Source: Raillietiella orientalis
Lineage: Eukaryota
Assembly: GCA_036172245.1 (NCBI GenBank)
Contig: JAYWIR010000025.1
Span: forward strand, 2,604,001 to 2,668,000
DNA length: 64,000 nt
Direction: 5' to 3'
Made by a program: the position numbers and the translations under genes. The notes below the pieces were generated by a model. That model did not search any database. It was not told where the DNA came from and was given only the letters and a program-made list of their open reading frames with translations. Shown piece by piece: positions 23,127 to 37,870 of the stretch; the stretch's first letter is position 1; each line of letters opens with the position of its first letter.

Positions 23127-25949
23127 TATTGCTATTTTTTTGTGACTCCTGGAACACGAATTCCATACCAGTTTAAGAGCAACACGCTGATCAGGGATAC
23201 CACAGCATCCTATGGCGATAGGGAAATTCTTTCATTACTATTGATAATAATGAAAGAACAATAATCAAGAAAGTTGATAAATTTCGAATATTCATAAATT
23301 TCCAAGGTATTTTTTCTCAAGAAACGACGGCAAATAACCTCTGACTGATGTATTTGGTTTTCATCAATTGCTGACAACACGTGTTAGTTAAGCTGCTCCA
23401 TATTTTCAGTTTGAGCCTATTTTGCTATAAAAAAATAGTGGGTGAGCAGAACCGGAATCGGTCTTAATTTCGGTGACACTGCAGAAGTGAGATAGGGCGC
23501 CTGATGAGTAGCTTTATGAGAGATCACCAGCAACATCGTGGAAAGCCTGTTGTTTATCCCGCGATAGAACGTCAGTCAAATTCTATGCTTACTATTTGCA
23601 ATGGAAGAGCGAAACTTTTGCTCAGTTTTTCAGCATATGGAATGCATCGGGAATGGGAATGGCATTATTACAGTACACAATTATTTTCATGTGTGGAAAT
23701 CATAGTTGGAAGCTATGACAAGTACCTTTCAGGATACACAGCAACGTGTGATAAGGTAATGCTCCCCAGTTTTTTTAATGTCAGATTTCGCCTGTATCGT
23801 GTAGGCATTTCAATGCAGCATACACTGAGGCAGCATTCAATGTGTGACTAGTAATAATGGCAATAGTAACATCGGGAAGTCCCGATGAAAGTAATCTTGT
23901 GCTATGAGATTTGAACCATAATCGGGAGTTAGGCACTTCATTGCGTCCCACGGATAATGTTTGAAATTATTAGTACCGACTCACCCACTAACCTGCCCGG
24001 AATTCCATAATTCCTCTCTTTTTACTCGAGATGGAGTGTCTGCATTTGGCAAATTGGTAGGTGTCTTGTGAAAAAACTATCTGGTCATAAGGGTCCAGTA
24101 TTGGGAACTAATGTGCATCCATCAGGTAAACTTCCACTTTCTTGTGGCAAGCATCATACTCTGCATGCTGAGAATTTAATAAAAGGCTCATCTGGTAACT
24201 TTGGTAGAAGCAGCTGCACACTGGAATCCAAGTAGTACCATGTCTGTAGAGGTACTTGAACATCAGGTAAATATGTATGTGTGCAGTAAGCTGTGATTGA
24301 TTTGGTGCTTCCACTTTGACTATGATTTTTATTATAGTAAGTTACTTTCTTTGATTGCAGTCTTACTTTTTGCATTTTAGGACAGTTTGCTTGCAGCTGG
24401 TATGGGAGGACATGCCTTGAATCCAGTTTCCACTTCTCAGAAAACAAATTTTTGCTCCTGTAAGGATAGAGTAAAACCTAGATGCACAGTTCAGTTACTG
24501 GAGGAGACTGTCAAAAGGGTGTAATTTGTTTGGCATGTGCCTATAGCAATGGCTAGCTACATAAGTGATGTATAAAGGTAAAAATTGATTCCTTTTATTG
24601 TAAGAAAAAGCTAAAACAGGAAGATTTAGAAACCATCATGCTGTTGAAATGGACATTACGTGTAGAGTCACTTGCAGGTGCATAGCTGCTTTATAAAAGA
24701 ATTGTTTTGAAAATGGAGAAAGCAAATCACAAGCACTCATTAGCTTGCAAGCATATGGACCATAAATTGACAATTTTTCAAGGAATATCGAGAAATGAAA
24801 AGGGGAAATAATAAAATGAGCCAGTTTTGATTGTGGAAAATTCTGAATGTACATTTATGTCTTTGCACTGTGCTTTTAGGTATGGCTATGTCTAATTGTC
24901 CTTTTTTGTTAGATTATCAAAAAAGATTCCAGGGAACAGATTTTATCCCAAGTTATGGCTAAGTAGTGTATGAATTTGCCATCAATGAGTACCTGTTAAA
25001 GATTGAACAAGTAGTTGTAATTCAGGATATCAGACCAGCAAGCAACTGGCCATCCTCTGTTAGCTCTGTTCAGAGAATGCATTCCAACTATAGTTTTCCT
25101 TCATCCAAGCCTTTAGGTTGGTTGCACTTATTATATGAAAACAGTCACTGAATGAAAACAGTAGATGGTTTTTCAGTTAAGAGGATGTTAGATGTTGGTA
25201 ATATTCAGCAAAGCAGAGGAAACACTGAAAACATAAGGTAAAAAAAAGTTAAGCAGACCAGTTTCTTGTTAGGAGTTTATTTCCAGATTTGGATTCCATT
25301 CTCCTAATTCAATTCACTATCTCTACATGTGTACCATCCCTCCAGTTTCAACCATCGTGAAATTTTTTATCCAGAATCATCTTTATTGGTGGTTTTTAGA
25401 GGTAATTTTTGTTTCATCCAGCATGGGATATGACTAGCAATCGGTAATGCCTTCAAACAGTTCCACTTTCAAACAGTGCCAGAATAAAAAAAGGCACTGA
25501 TTGAAATTAGAGTTTTTCACAAGTTCTGTGGCCATTAAAGCAAGGAATAAAACGACCTTAAGGAAACATTTCCATATGTTTTGTTTATTTCCTGTTCGAA
25601 TGCGTGCATTCAAAAGCAGAGTGTGAAGCAAGAAAGGCGTACATGCCTTGTTGAAATACAGTATTTTTTTTTTATGTCGGTGTTATATAACTTTGGAATT
25701 GTGCCGAGGATTTCGCGAAGCGTCGTCTTTGGTACTCTCTTATTTGTGTACATTTATATGTTTGGCGCAGTTGCACAGTTTTGCTGGCTATGGATTACGC
25801 CTGGTTCCGACTTGAAAATCCATTTACAGGATGCAGGAAAACTTCACTTTAGGATCTGTCGATCGAATAGCTTGCCTCAAGTTTTTGCGGAAATCATCTG
25901 ATGATATATGTGTATATATGTATATGTTTTTTTTTTTTTTTTTTTTCAG

Positions 25950-26810
25950 AAATCAGGTTCTATTTGTATCTTACCAGGAAAGGATTTTCGAGTGTGCTCG
26001 TGTACAAACACGTTTCCTGCGGAGATGTACACGATTATTTTTTCATAATGATGGTGTTGATAGTATGGCCCCTCCTCTACAGTGTATCCTTCATGAGATT
26101 GCATCCTCCGTCTTGTCCTTTTCTTGTTTTGCGCCCGCTTCATTGGAACCCTGGAAAGATTACGCATACGAAAAAAATCAAAACATTTACCCGGAAGCCG
26201 TTCGAAAATTAGATTCCAGTGTGGAAGAGGGCATAACAGTGTTAGAGCCTTCCACAAAAAGCATACCCCTGGTGTCCTACACGATCCGTTCGAGGGTTGC
26301 AGCATCAGAATAGGGGTTGTATAAAGCCACCGTTAATTTCCAGGAAGGTTGGTTCTCAAGTGTAATGGCGGAAGAATGGGATTAAAACGGGGTGGCAAAC
26401 AGAATTCGGTTCCCGAACAAATGTAATGGCCGTAAGTAGCTGGCTTTTTCGAGGAATTTAGGAAGAAGAGGGGTGAAAGGAGGAGGAAAGGTGTCAAAGG
26501 AAAACACAAAGTGGGAATTTCGTAGAAGCAGCAGCAACCATTGATGGTCTCACGTCACCATGACTGAAGAAGTGCGAACACCGAGAATAAGAGCGAGATT
26601 GAGATTCTTGCAGTCGGTCATGAAAAAAGGGAAAAAAGGAAAGAAGGTCGGGAGAGAAAAACGCCCGAGACCAATCGGGTGGAAGAGGATCGGCATATGA
26701 GTGGACTCTTGAGAGTCAGTTGGAAACACTGAATGGAACAGTATTGAATGTGTTTCCAAATCCAGGTATGGAAAATGCGAAAGAGCGACTCTCTATTGAA
26801 AATCATCGCT
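25950..26810 (-). mobile_element. Ancient I/Jockey-type LINE relic (post-RT region)
   Basis: NRESLFRIFHTWIWKHIQYCS resembles R..LL..Y...IR..LDYG; LALILGVRTSSV resembles LR..LGA.RTSP. Confidence 0.3.
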
Positions 26811-29800
26811 TCGCTAAACTGGGAAGAAGATCAAAGGCCGACAGACTTGGCATAATGCAAGTGTCTTTGATCATTTTCTATGATGAAATGTGACCTCTTG
26901 CAGTTTTTCCTTCAGCACGAAGAGTGCAACCGATTGTCAGTGTCGTTCGAAAACATTTTGGAGATAAATTTGCATCACCCGCTGCGTAAATGATTTTGGT
27001 AAGCTTTTGTTATGATCTCAACCCCAAGTGAACTTGGAAGTGACGTCAACAAACAAACTGAAAAGAAGCAGTTTATCTATGCGGTGTCATGAAGGAGCTT
27101 CTCGGTCAACGTGGACACTTGAACAGAGCATGTAGTGTTCGGACATGCGTCATTTACACCTGTCATGAGTGACATGGCCTTTCATGCAGAGTCTTGATTT
27201 GTCAGGAGAGTCGATCGAGAGTCGAAAACGTGGACAAATCGAGATGGCGGCAAGAAGGAGGAGGAGAGTATGGTTTCGTTGCCTAGCAGGATTTCGTGCA
27301 AGACCGCAGAGTCCGACGCCAGAACACGTGCTCTCTGCAATGAGAAGGTCGCGTCTCGTATGGTCCTTGGTCGCTTATTTGCGGTTCATGGTGCCTGGAG
27401 AGGAAAGCACCCAGAGGGGAGGATGAAGAATTTTTCGTGAGAGAACCGATTCTGATCCGGGAGCAAATGTTTGTGAATCGGCATTTTCCGGAAGGGATTG
27501 ATGTCTGACCCAACTAACTGTGTGGAGGTCCTTTGAAACGCCAAGCAGTGTACGGCAGAGATGTTTGTTGGGGGTGGAGGATTAAGTGCTTTCAAGCCAG
27601 GCTGGCGATTGAAGGAGCGATCGGATAAAATGTGGCCAAGATTGCTCTTGTCGCGATTCTGCCTGAAAATCGAACCGCAACAGACATTCAGTGTGTTTTT
27701 CTGCTCGGTGTGAGACCCTCACGCCCTCGTCAGTAAACGCGAAAGAAACAAACAAATCCGATTCAGTCTGAAGACCTTGGCTCTGTCCCCAGCAGATTCG
27801 AATTGCGGAGTCTGGTTGATATCTTCCGAAAAGGCACCGTTTGCTGAGAAAGATTCATGTGTGCCAAAGGAGATGGGAGCGTCATCATAAACTGTCACGA
27901 GAGACGAATTCGAAGAAAGAATTCGAGCTCAAGTTAGAAAAAGGCTCACGATGCGTGGATGCTGGAGGGAAAATCAGGAGATGACTCGGAGGAAAGTGGA
28001 ACTGCCATCCTTCGTTGACAAAAATCCGAAATATCCAGAAGTTAAAAACGGGTTGCATCCAGTCGGCATCCGTGGGTGCTTGAAATGAAGATCCTACCAA
28101 CTCAGTACAGTTGCGTCACTGCGTCACAGAACAACAGCGTCGCTGAAAGGTCCGCGAACATGCACGGATCCTTCATATGAAATCAGTGAACACACGGCGT
28201 GAGCTCTCTCGGGCCGGTCGTCCGTAGCAAACGTAAACCAAGGGCCTATTCTTTTTGTGGGGGGGAGGGGGGGGCACGCTATTCGTGCTATCCATTCCAC
28301 ACTCCGTTTCAGCAGCTGGAATAGAAGCCAGTCGAAAGACAGCGCAGTTGTCTACGTCGTTCTCTGCACCGCAAAGTCCTCATCAGCGCTTCGATCTGGC
28401 TGTAGCAATAAAATCTTCGGAATGGAAAGTTCGTTGTCGGTCCTTTCTACTCGGCCAATTCGATCCTGGTGATGTGCAGTTTATGATCCGACCTAGGAAC
28501 TGGAAGCCACACGAGGGAACGACCTCGTTTACTTGGGAAACGATCAGGTGCGCTTACAGGACGCAGGGAGAGTTGTTCAAACAGGTAGAGAAGCAAGGCG
28601 AATTTGAAGAGGATCTTCCGATGACCGGTATGGACCAGAGCCGCCGGAGCAGTCGCTTACGATGCGTTGCAGACGAGGGAATGCCCGACTGGGGCGGAGC
28701 AGCCCGTTTTCTCGCAAGCGTGTTTGTGTTTTCGCCCGGGTGATTTGTTTCCGCGAAATCAAACCGGCAACCCTAAAGTTTGCGCATCATTTTGGTACAG
28801 ACACTATAAATCCTTTCCCGATTACCCCCGAATTAGATATTCATCTTAATGAGAGTTCGTAACTTCTCGTATTAATGGGAATGGCACTATTCAGGAGGAA
28901 ATTGCAATCAGCAGAGTCTCGTTTGTCTTCCACGAGGCTCTCGGTTTTATTACGGTGTGATTATTTCTCCAGAATGCGTGATTATTTTACCTTTCCAATT
29001 GAGTAGCATAACGTGTTCCAATTTCGTCCGTCTTATTCTAATGTGTTCTGTATAATCAGGGTGAATAAAGGTTTCAGTAGCGAGATCCATCATCCCATTA
29101 GGACATAAGCATCCCATCTCTGCGCATGCTTTGTATTGAAATTTATGAGGAAACCGAAACTCCGATAATGAGGACGGCATCTGGAAATCTGGCAAACGGG
29201 AAAGTTCGGTAATCGGGACCGAGGATCTCCCTGGGTTCAAGTAAAGAGTTTTTTTTTTTTTTTTGCACTTTTTCCGAAATTCCGGAACTCTGGGTCCTTT
29301 CCTCTTCCTGTCGTATCTCTCGTGCCTTCGAGCCGCCGAACGGAGCCCCAAACTTTTCCGGGGCGTTTTGGCACAGAGACGATGCAGCCCTCAGCATGTG
29401 CGCGTGCGCGCGTGGCCCCAGAGAGGTTCCTTTTTTCTTTTTTTGAAGTAGCAGTAAACCAGCAGACTCTGCTATCCCACCTCACAGCTGGGCCGATGAA
29501 TCACAAAGGACATTCAGGTAACGTAAGATGAGAAAAAGGAAGAAGGAAAAGTCTAGTGGTTGCGTATCCGACCGAGGTCTGCGGCAGATTTCTCGAACGG
29601 ACCTTTGTGACCAGGTTCTGCCGCTGCAGCTCGCGTTCGGGCACCTTGGCTGCAGGGAGCACCGTTTCCTGCCTCGTGTTCACTGCAGATCAGTTGCGGA
29701 TTTACTGGCGACAGTTTCAAGCGGGGGGATGCGTTTCCATGCAGCAGCTTTCGTCTGCTGCACGGTGCTTCGGAGGCGAGCGGGATCAACACGCACGAGG

Positions 29801-31289
29801 CCACAGCAGTGCGATAACGCAGGGCAACGCGGCAGTTATCTTGCCGTTAATTGAAACTGCATCGGCTGTCGAACAGCCATCGCAAAGCACAAGCAGTAAA
29901 AACCTTTAATGGAAGAAAGGGGTGAAAAAAAAAAAAAGGCACAGGGAGACGGAGAAGAGCGTATCTCGCTTCCGAAAAGGAAAAAAAGAAACCTTCCGGA
30001 CGAGGATTGCCCGGCAGCGTGTGGTCGCATAATTGACGCGCGCTCATTAAAACGTGAGCTCTGGAAATGGGGATTCCAATCGGTCCCGTTCCCGGATCAT
30101 GATGTGCGCCAAGCGGTCGGAACTAAAGGGTGGCCACGGACAGCAGCCCTTTACGGCTAACGACAGCATCGCGTTCGACGTATCATCAATTCGACAGCAG
30201 CGTATGCAAGAGGTCGCTAGCAAGAAGTGACTGTTGTTTCCCCCCTTTCATCAGGGTGTTTCCTGATCGTCGGAGGGGCGCTCCCCGAATCCAAACAAGC
30301 CCGTGCACTAGAGGCCGTCGACCCAAGGGCGACGGCGGTCTTCGCTCGACTGCGCGCGCCCTTGGGTGCGCAATGTGCCCTCGTGCCGTTAACCCATTGC
30401 ACCGGGTGGGGAGAGTCGGCACTCGCTACGCGCGCTCTCGGGTGCACATTCGGGCTATTCGCAAATATCGCGCCGTGAAGCTCCCGAAATCGCGGCCGGG
30501 AGCTGTCCGACCGCGATTTCGGGTCGTTGTTTCCCGTTGGTCGGGAAGGTCCCCTTGCCGACGGACAGACCTCGACAGATCGTGTCTTCGGTTCACCGCA
30601 GGGCGCGCGAAATTGAACTCGGGGAGGGCGACTTAATCGAGCGAGTTCGATTGGTTTGTTTGTGGGCATTTGAATCCGTGCGAGGTCGAGAGTGCCCTCA
30701 CACCGACGGGTCGTTTGCAACGAAACACCGGCGCGAAGTCTCTCCCGCTTAACTCATGACGTCACCTCCTCCTCCAGCAGAACCGTAAGGCGTGCCTCCG
30801 CCGCCGCGAACGAGGCAGCCGTTCCGGGATACGCAATCACGCAGGAAATGGCCTGTTTGCTTTTCCTTGGACGTTGTCACGCCTGTGGAGGCTTTCGCCC
30901 GTTAGTTTCTTTCGTCCCTCTCCTGTGGCTGGAGATGGCGACGGGAAGGAAAGAAAAATCTCCACCTGCACGTTCTTGAAGACCTCCCTTTTCCCGAAAC
31001 GAGGGAGCTGAATGGCCGAAAAGACAGGCGAAACGCGATCCTGGAACGCAGAGGGAGGGACGGTTGCGATGGCTTCGGACCACCAGGGGAGGCGAGCTGC
31101 TAGTTGACGAGGAGGTCCTTGGATCCGACGGCGATATCGAGTAGCCGCGCGGATTGGTCGGGGAGGATGCGGCGGCGCACGGGACCTCTTCCGTGCGCCG
31201 CCGGGTGCGGTCGCTGCAAACCGCAGCACCGGAACCGTTCCTGACAGATACCGGTCCCGTAGAAGGAACGCCAGCTTTGCTCTGCGCCC

Positions 31290-33510
31290 CTTTCCCCCCT
31301 CCCCCCGCCCTGTCCTCGTCTCCTGTCGCTTTCACCTCAGTGCCAGCGCCTCAGTGCGGCGACCGGTGGCGATCCCTCTGGGAAGACGCGCCAAGCGAGT
31401 CGTCCCAATGCAGACGCTGCTGCTGCCTTTTCGCAGGATGCGAGTGGCTTCTCTTCACCTTCGGAAGGAACGACAAAGGCACCGACGACTCAGGGAGACT
31501 GCGATTCAGTGGGCTTTGTGCACCTGGAGGCCAGGTCTCATCTTCCACCTCGGATTACGCATTCCAGCGCAGGCAAGGGGAGAAGAACACCTTGGTGTTT
31601 TCGGAAACTCCTTTCTAATGCAGGTTTCAGGAAGAATCCGGAAGAGCGCCGCTTTCATTCTCACCAACAGAGTGGAGCTTTCGGCGGGTCAGCAAAGTTC
31701 GTTCCTGGACTCGGGTCTTCCGGAGGTCCGCGAAGAGTTCTTCCCCGTTCTTCCACGGACAGATGTGCTCAGATAGCAGCGGTTGGCACAACGAATGTTC
31801 TCCTGTGCTCTCCATCCTTCTGCGGCGTGCTTGGTTTTCAGGTTGATAGGAGGACTTTTTTGAGGCTTCTTCTCGTGACCTTTCTTCCTTTGAGGAAGAC
31901 GCTTCTCGGCCGGTACACTAATCGGAAGGGTTGGGGCAGAAAACCGCAGATCTGCTCCCTGGAACTCCAATGCTCTTCGCTTGAAGTTAAGTTTCGTAGG
32001 TGTTCGCTCTTTTCGGGGGGCGATCCCGAACGCGAAGAGCACGCGAGTCCTTCTCTGCCCTTTTTGTTCGCTCTCTTTTCGTTTGCATTTGCTGCTGTTG
32101 TCTCTGTCGTGATCTTCAGGTCCCAGGACCAGATCCGCGCCGTCTTCACTGGAACCGGCTATTTTTTTTAACCCTTTGCTTTCCGGAAGTCTTTTTCTTT
32201 GTTCTTTTCCTCTTGTCCCTTCTCGACGGAGCTCTCATCACCGCGGCAGTCGAGATTCATTGCCGCGAATTTTAGCTTGAAGCTCGCCATCGGGAAGCTT
32301 CAAGCAGTTTTTTGCCTCTGGGCGTTTTCGTCTCTGGACCCGAATCGCCTGCAGGAAGCCTGCGACTGGGCGTACTCGCTGGCACGTCGCGTGTGCCGAG
32401 AGATGCGTCGTCTCCTAGCAGCGCAGCGCTGCAGAGAATTTTCCCTCGTGGCTCCACAAGGCGGGACACCCAGACGCGTCGCTTTTCGCTTCAAAACGCG
32501 CCGCAGCAAATGGATGCTGCGAGGATCTGAAATCTAATGGAGGAGATCGGTGTTGATCTCATTTGGATGCTGCGCGCCCTCCAACAAATGGCATTAGGAA
32601 AGAGCTGCTGCTGCTGCTGCACGGGCAGATCGCTCGGCGTTGTGAGCCGATCTGGCGATGACAGCGAAGAGCACTTGCCTCAGGGGGGCTCTGGAGGAGG
32701 GGAGAGGGAAAACGCCGTTTCCAGCTCACAAACTTCGTTTCTTCCTGCAGGATGCTAGTTCTCCCCTCCCCCCTCAAGTCTAGCTCCCGGAATTCCAGCC
32801 GTGCAAAAAAATAAGCGCGGATCAGCGAACAGCGGTCCATGGGAACTGAAGGCAAGCATCCTCTGGATTGAGATCGTTGGGCAATGGGAAGGAGCGAAAG
32901 CCCTCCAGGAACGAGAGGCGTTCGTCTTGTCTCGTCTCGCGGAGATCCCGTGTCCTGGAGACCAAGGGTGCTCGGGCCCATCAACAGGGAAAGACTAGGG
33001 CGGTTGCGCACTGTCGACAGGCCGGAAGCGATCGAGTGCCCGCAGCCGTTCCGGCTTGCCCCCATCGGCTAGTTCATCCGCGGGATTCACCGTCATGGCA
33101 ACGATCGGCTCCTCAAGTGCCGATCATCAGCACGTAGGACACCAGCAAAGAACTGGGTCAACACCAGCCACGGACGCCACTGAGGTCTCTGTCCTCGCCG
33201 TGCCGAGGCCGCGAGGGAAAGGACCGACGATACATCTCTGTGGACCCGCCGCTTTCCAGTAGATGAAATTCGTCTTCGGCCTTCGAGAGGGGGGAAGAAA
33301 AGGAAGGCGAACACTCCTGCAGGGACTCCGCAGGGAGGAGTTTCGAGTTCGGGAGTTGGGGGCTGGCGGCCCAGCTCTTGTCATTAGGACATCGTTAACC
33401 GAGGGACCATCGAGGAAGATGCTGTGGAAGGGGTCCTCGCAAGACCCTGCAGAAGAGAATCTCCCTTGGTCGTGGGAGAAGGAAGACGGTTCTGCTTGGA
33501 CTCCCATCCT
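31290..33510 (-). mobile_element. Ancient I-clade LINE relic (RT 3' half and possible RNase H)
   Basis: In collinear order across frameshifts: CGVPAGVFAFLFF (like GVPQG..SP.LF), LRADD (like YADD), LRRVLKRKATRLGVPPCGATRENSL (like KALR...GA.R.SP), HSVGENESGAL (like SVF.AE..AI), SPH*GAGTE (like PSH.G..GNE). Confidence 0.45.
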
Positions 33511-36500
33511 AACACATTCCGTCGGATCGCGGTTCCTTCCTTTCTTTCTTTCCTTTTTTTTTCGGGAGGCGGAAGGGAATCCCAGCGCGGCAGAAGGATC
33601 GAAAACGGGGCAGGGGAATGTGCAGGTGACTACCTAGGGAACGAAATGAGCATCATCGCGCAAGGATGGAGTCGAAGCGGAGCCTTTCTGGAGACGCGAG
33701 GCTCCTGCGGGAATCAGCTTCTCCGGCGGCAACCCCGGAGGGATAGGCGGTTTCCCTTGAGGGCGTCGCGGTCCCGCCCTGAGGCGCTTTCCGTGCTCTC
33801 CAAAGCCTCCCCGGGGAAGCGCCGAAGAACGGAAAATCGGTCTTTCTCGGGACGAGGCCGCCGCGCGCAAGAAAAAGCAAAGCGGCGTTCGGCCTCGGCG
33901 GCGCGCGCGCAGTCGCCCGAGGTGCACCCTTGGGAAGACATCGCCTCGCAGGGGAGGAAGGGATGGGGAGGAAGCGAACCGCGACGGGTCCCCAGCCCCT
34001 AGGATCCCAGAAGAGGGATCGAAAGGGGAGGCGTCCCGAAACCCAGATGCTTCTCGGCGAGGATGGGAAGAGGGTACCGCAGCATCCCCTCGGGAGGTGG
34101 GAAGGGCGTAGAGAGGGAGAGGGGATGATCCCCTCACGCGTCGGCGCCTCTCTCCTCCTCTCTTTTCCTTCTTCCCTTCACTGCCTTCTCGTTGCTGGCG
34201 TTCCTCCCCCTGAAAGCCCTCCGCCGACTCCACTGCCCCTCGGAGGCGCCTGCGCAACGAACTTCCGAAGGGAGGAGGGGAACACGGGGAGGCCTCCGAG
34301 GAAAAAGGAGGGGGAAGCTGGAAGCGGGTCGTCCTCTCCACGCGACTGCTTCTTTCCCCCATCCGTCAGAAGAAGCCTCCAGGGTTTCCCGGTTCGCATC
34401 TGGCGCGCGGTCGGGATGGGCGCGTCCCAAGTGGCAGCTCAGTCGTGGATCATTGCGCTCGGGGAGGAAAGGGGAAGGGGAACGCGATCTTGCGGGATCG
34501 GAACCTTCCTGGACGACGAGGTCCCTTGGCTGTGCCCCCCGTGACGTCAGCCGTCCAGGTCCGCTGGGGAAGCCGCAGAGGGAGGAGGAGGAGGGGAAAA
34601 CGAACCTCCAGGGTGCGCAAGGAACCAGCGCAGCGCAGTGAGCTGTGGGGACGTTCTGGAAGGCGGAGGGTCCGGGAACCTCGGCCCCTCTACGGAAGGG
34701 AGTCGGAGACCGCCTCATAGGAATCCTCTCTTTCCCGGAAGCACCGAAGGGATAAGCTCGCGGCAAAAAAAAAAAGAAAGAAAGAGGGAGGTCGCGGCGG
34801 TGGTGGTCCAGCCTCCAGGAGGGGAGACCGGCAGCTCCCTCCCCTAGCCCTTTCCTTCCGGTGCACACCCGGGCTCCCGGTCGGGTGTCTCCCTGCGAAA
34901 GGGACATCGAGAAGGAAGGGAGAACAGAGGAGTGGGGACCACATCCCTCCCGGTACGGGGATCGACTCGAGCTGTCGAAAATCTGCCTCGGACCCCAGGA
35001 TGACCTCTGCGGCCCTTTCAGACGGCGCCTCCTCGACGTCTGGGCCATGGAAGAAGCAGTGGGGTGTGGGATGCCTTCTGTGCACCCTTCCTCCCTCCCC
35101 TTCCTCCCGTTCCCTGGACCTCCGCCGCGCCTCCCGGCGTCATTTTGCCAGACTCTACACACCGGAAGAGGAGGAGGGAGGAAGGGAAGAGCAGAGAAGG
35201 GAAGAAGGGAGCCGAGTGTGACGGACGAGGAGACCCGAGTCGCAACCCTTCCCCCGGCTGGCCTGCAGAGGAGGAAGGAAGAGGAGACGGGGAACCTCCC
35301 GGCTTTCCGGCTGGGACGCGTGTCGACGGCCTCCTCCTAGTGGAGGAGGCCATCGGTCCCTCCTCGGTCCCTCCACTGCCGTCAGTCCCCTCCTCGCGAA
35401 GACCCGAGGTCGCGTTTCGCCGTCCTCTCTGCTCCGGGCGTTTGCAGAGAGGGCTCACCCACAGCTTCCGTTTTGCGAAGGAGAGTGGCAATCCTGCAGA
35501 TGGGCCGCCACCACGGCGGCAACAGCACCATCAGAGGTAGCAACGGCAGCGGACTCTGACCGGCCTCGGGAGGGACGGGGCGCGACCCGGATGTCGGGCC
35601 TTCCGGTAGAGTCAGGGGAGAGCCGCGTCTCCTGATCGAGGGCGCGTGCGGAAGAAGCGGCCGAACGGGGAGGATCGCCCTGCGCTGGCCTCAGCCTTCC
35701 ATCTCTGGCGAGGAGGCGGCTACCGGGAGCCCAGGTGCGCTCCCGAGCGCTGCGAGCCGGCCCAGATGCTCCTCGGCGTCCACCCTGCACGCTCTGCATG
35801 TCACTGCTGTTACCACGCGTCGGACGGGTCTCGGGGAACGCCGCGCGCGGGACGCGTTCCAGAGGCGGCGCTGCGTCCCGATGGGGGGGGGGACGGCTTA
35901 AATGACGCTGACGTCTCCAAGTCAGGGGGCCGACACGTTCCCGGGTGATGTGCACGGACCGAGCGGTCAACGAGAGGAAGGAGTGGGATCGACGGAGGGA
36001 AAGAAAAGCCCCTACGCCGGCTGCATCCCATCCCCTTTGCTCCCTGAGCTCACCTTGCCGCTGCCCCGAGAAGCGAGTTCCTACCTCTAGCGGGAGGGGG
36101 AAGGCGAGCAAGGTGCGTCCTCCCTTCGCCCCTACCCCTTGGGGCGGGAGACGGCGGATGGGTGGGCTACCGTCCGGTGGGAGGCGGCGACAGCTGGTCG
36201 CAGATCGTCCGCCTGTCCGCCCCCGCTCGCGACAGTGGGAGGGGGGAGGGGGAAGGGGAAAAAAAAACACGCTCCAGCCTCCTCCTCCTCCTCCCAAGTC
36301 AAGCGACAGGAAATTCGCCAATGTGACCGGAGCGGAGTGACCCTTACGGTCCGTGTGGAATGCCGGTCCAGATTGGGCAGCCGCTGCATATGTCGCGGCG
36401 TCGGAGAGGTCGCTGCAGGCGTTATCGGACCACGAGGAGCGCCTCCTTTGCGTCCAGATGGATCTCAGAGGAGCAGAGAAGGGAGAAAGGAGTAGGAGAT

Positions 36501-37304
36501 GGCTCGGGAGGAAAGGATGAGAAACCGAAGACACCAGAACGCTCCTGCGTGTGACGCCCGGTCACGACGGTCACGCCCCGTGGCGATGACACCAAGAGGT
36601 TGACGGGGGTGGAGGATGAGGGAACTGGTGGCTGCTCGCCCTCGTCACCCTCCTTGCTGCCACGTGCTAGAGGGGGTGGGAGAGGGGAAATAGGAGGCGT
36701 GACCGAACTCTCAGCATTGCTTCGTGTGGAGGCCACCTCAAAGGAACGGAAGAGGAGGGAGGGAGGGAGGAGAATAAAAGAGGAAGGAAAGCAGGGTAAC
36801 AAGGAGCGCATGAGCGCTGTAAGTCAGTCCCCTCCTTCCTGGATGCTCGGGGGCTGACATCATGCAGTCGGTGCTACGCCGAATCACGTGCGTCTGGATC
36901 GTTCCGTGGGGGAGCTCCGGTCGCGGAGGGAAACAGCAGCGGGAGAAAGGGCTGGATGTTCGGCTCACTTGCCCTCCTCCTCCACCGCGGGCACTCGCGT
37001 AGGCCCCCCTCCGCGGCGTCTCGTTGAGCGGAATTCTCCCCCCCCCCCCCTCCGTCGATGAGCTTTCCCGAACGCGGCTGGGAGTCCCCCCCGGGAATCG
37101 AAACCGCCACCTTCTCCGGGAGAGGACGCCCTCCACAGGCCTCCTCCTCCCTGAAACGAGAGAGGGAAGGGGAGGTGTCCCGCGCATCGCGTCCTCTGAG
37201 CGCTCTCCTATGCGACATCTCCTGACGTTCCCCCCCCCCCCCCGGGTGCCTCCTGACTCCCTCAAGGCGCCGGGAAGGAAACACCATCAAATTCGTCTTA
37301 TACA

Positions 37305-37870
37305 TTACCCCATTAATACCCTATAATCTTGCTCCCAGAGATACGGGAAGGAAACGCCACCCACACCCGGCGACCGTGCCGCAGGGGCGGCCCGAGAGGC
37401 CTCACTCCCGGGGAACGAGGAGGGAAAGAGAGGGAGGAGGATCCGTCTCCCTAGTACGCATCTGGGAACCGGTCCTCTGGACCCCGTACCAGCCGGACTG
37501 ACGGGAGAAGCGGGGACGTTGAAGGGTGGGCGACCCGCCAGCCTCCAACTACCTCGGGCTAGGAGAAGGTGGGACCACATGGGAAGTCGAGGCGCTGCCT
37601 CTTCGTCCCCTCTGACCCGTCCTGCGCCCCTGGGGACTCTCCCAGAGAGAAAGGAAGGGGGCCAGGAGGAAGTTCGAGAGTCCCCGTAGGTCCCTCCTGT
37701 AGGGGGAGCTCTCGGATGGTCTCGCCATGCATTCCGGAGCCCCAAGAGGGTCCGGAGCCTCCCTCCCTGCCTCTCCTCGAGCTCCCGGAAACGACCCCAG
37801 CACGGAGGGGAAAAACACGCTCCTATCACCTCCGTTGACCCCCGACCGGGTTCATGTGGATTCACCCCTC
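37305..37870 (-). mobile_element. Ancient LINE RT relic (CR1/L2/I-like)
   Basis: One frame gives LLGLRNAWRDHP (like LLDL..AFD.V.H), SWPPSFLSGR (like W..SFLS.R), RLPMWS...GRPPFNV (like GVPQGS.LGP.LFN), with RT domain 3-4 spacing. Confidence 0.45.

Noticed and set aside
24050..24450. Possible host exon or transposase fragment after a good minus-strand acceptor (ttacag near 24459)
   Set aside because: All frames are short or contain stops, with no recognisable motif and no partner exons.
28255..28743. 162-aa ORF or Harbinger-like transposase remnant
   Set aside because: Only a vague PGS-like resemblance on the opposite strand; no DDE spacing or terminal inverted repeats.
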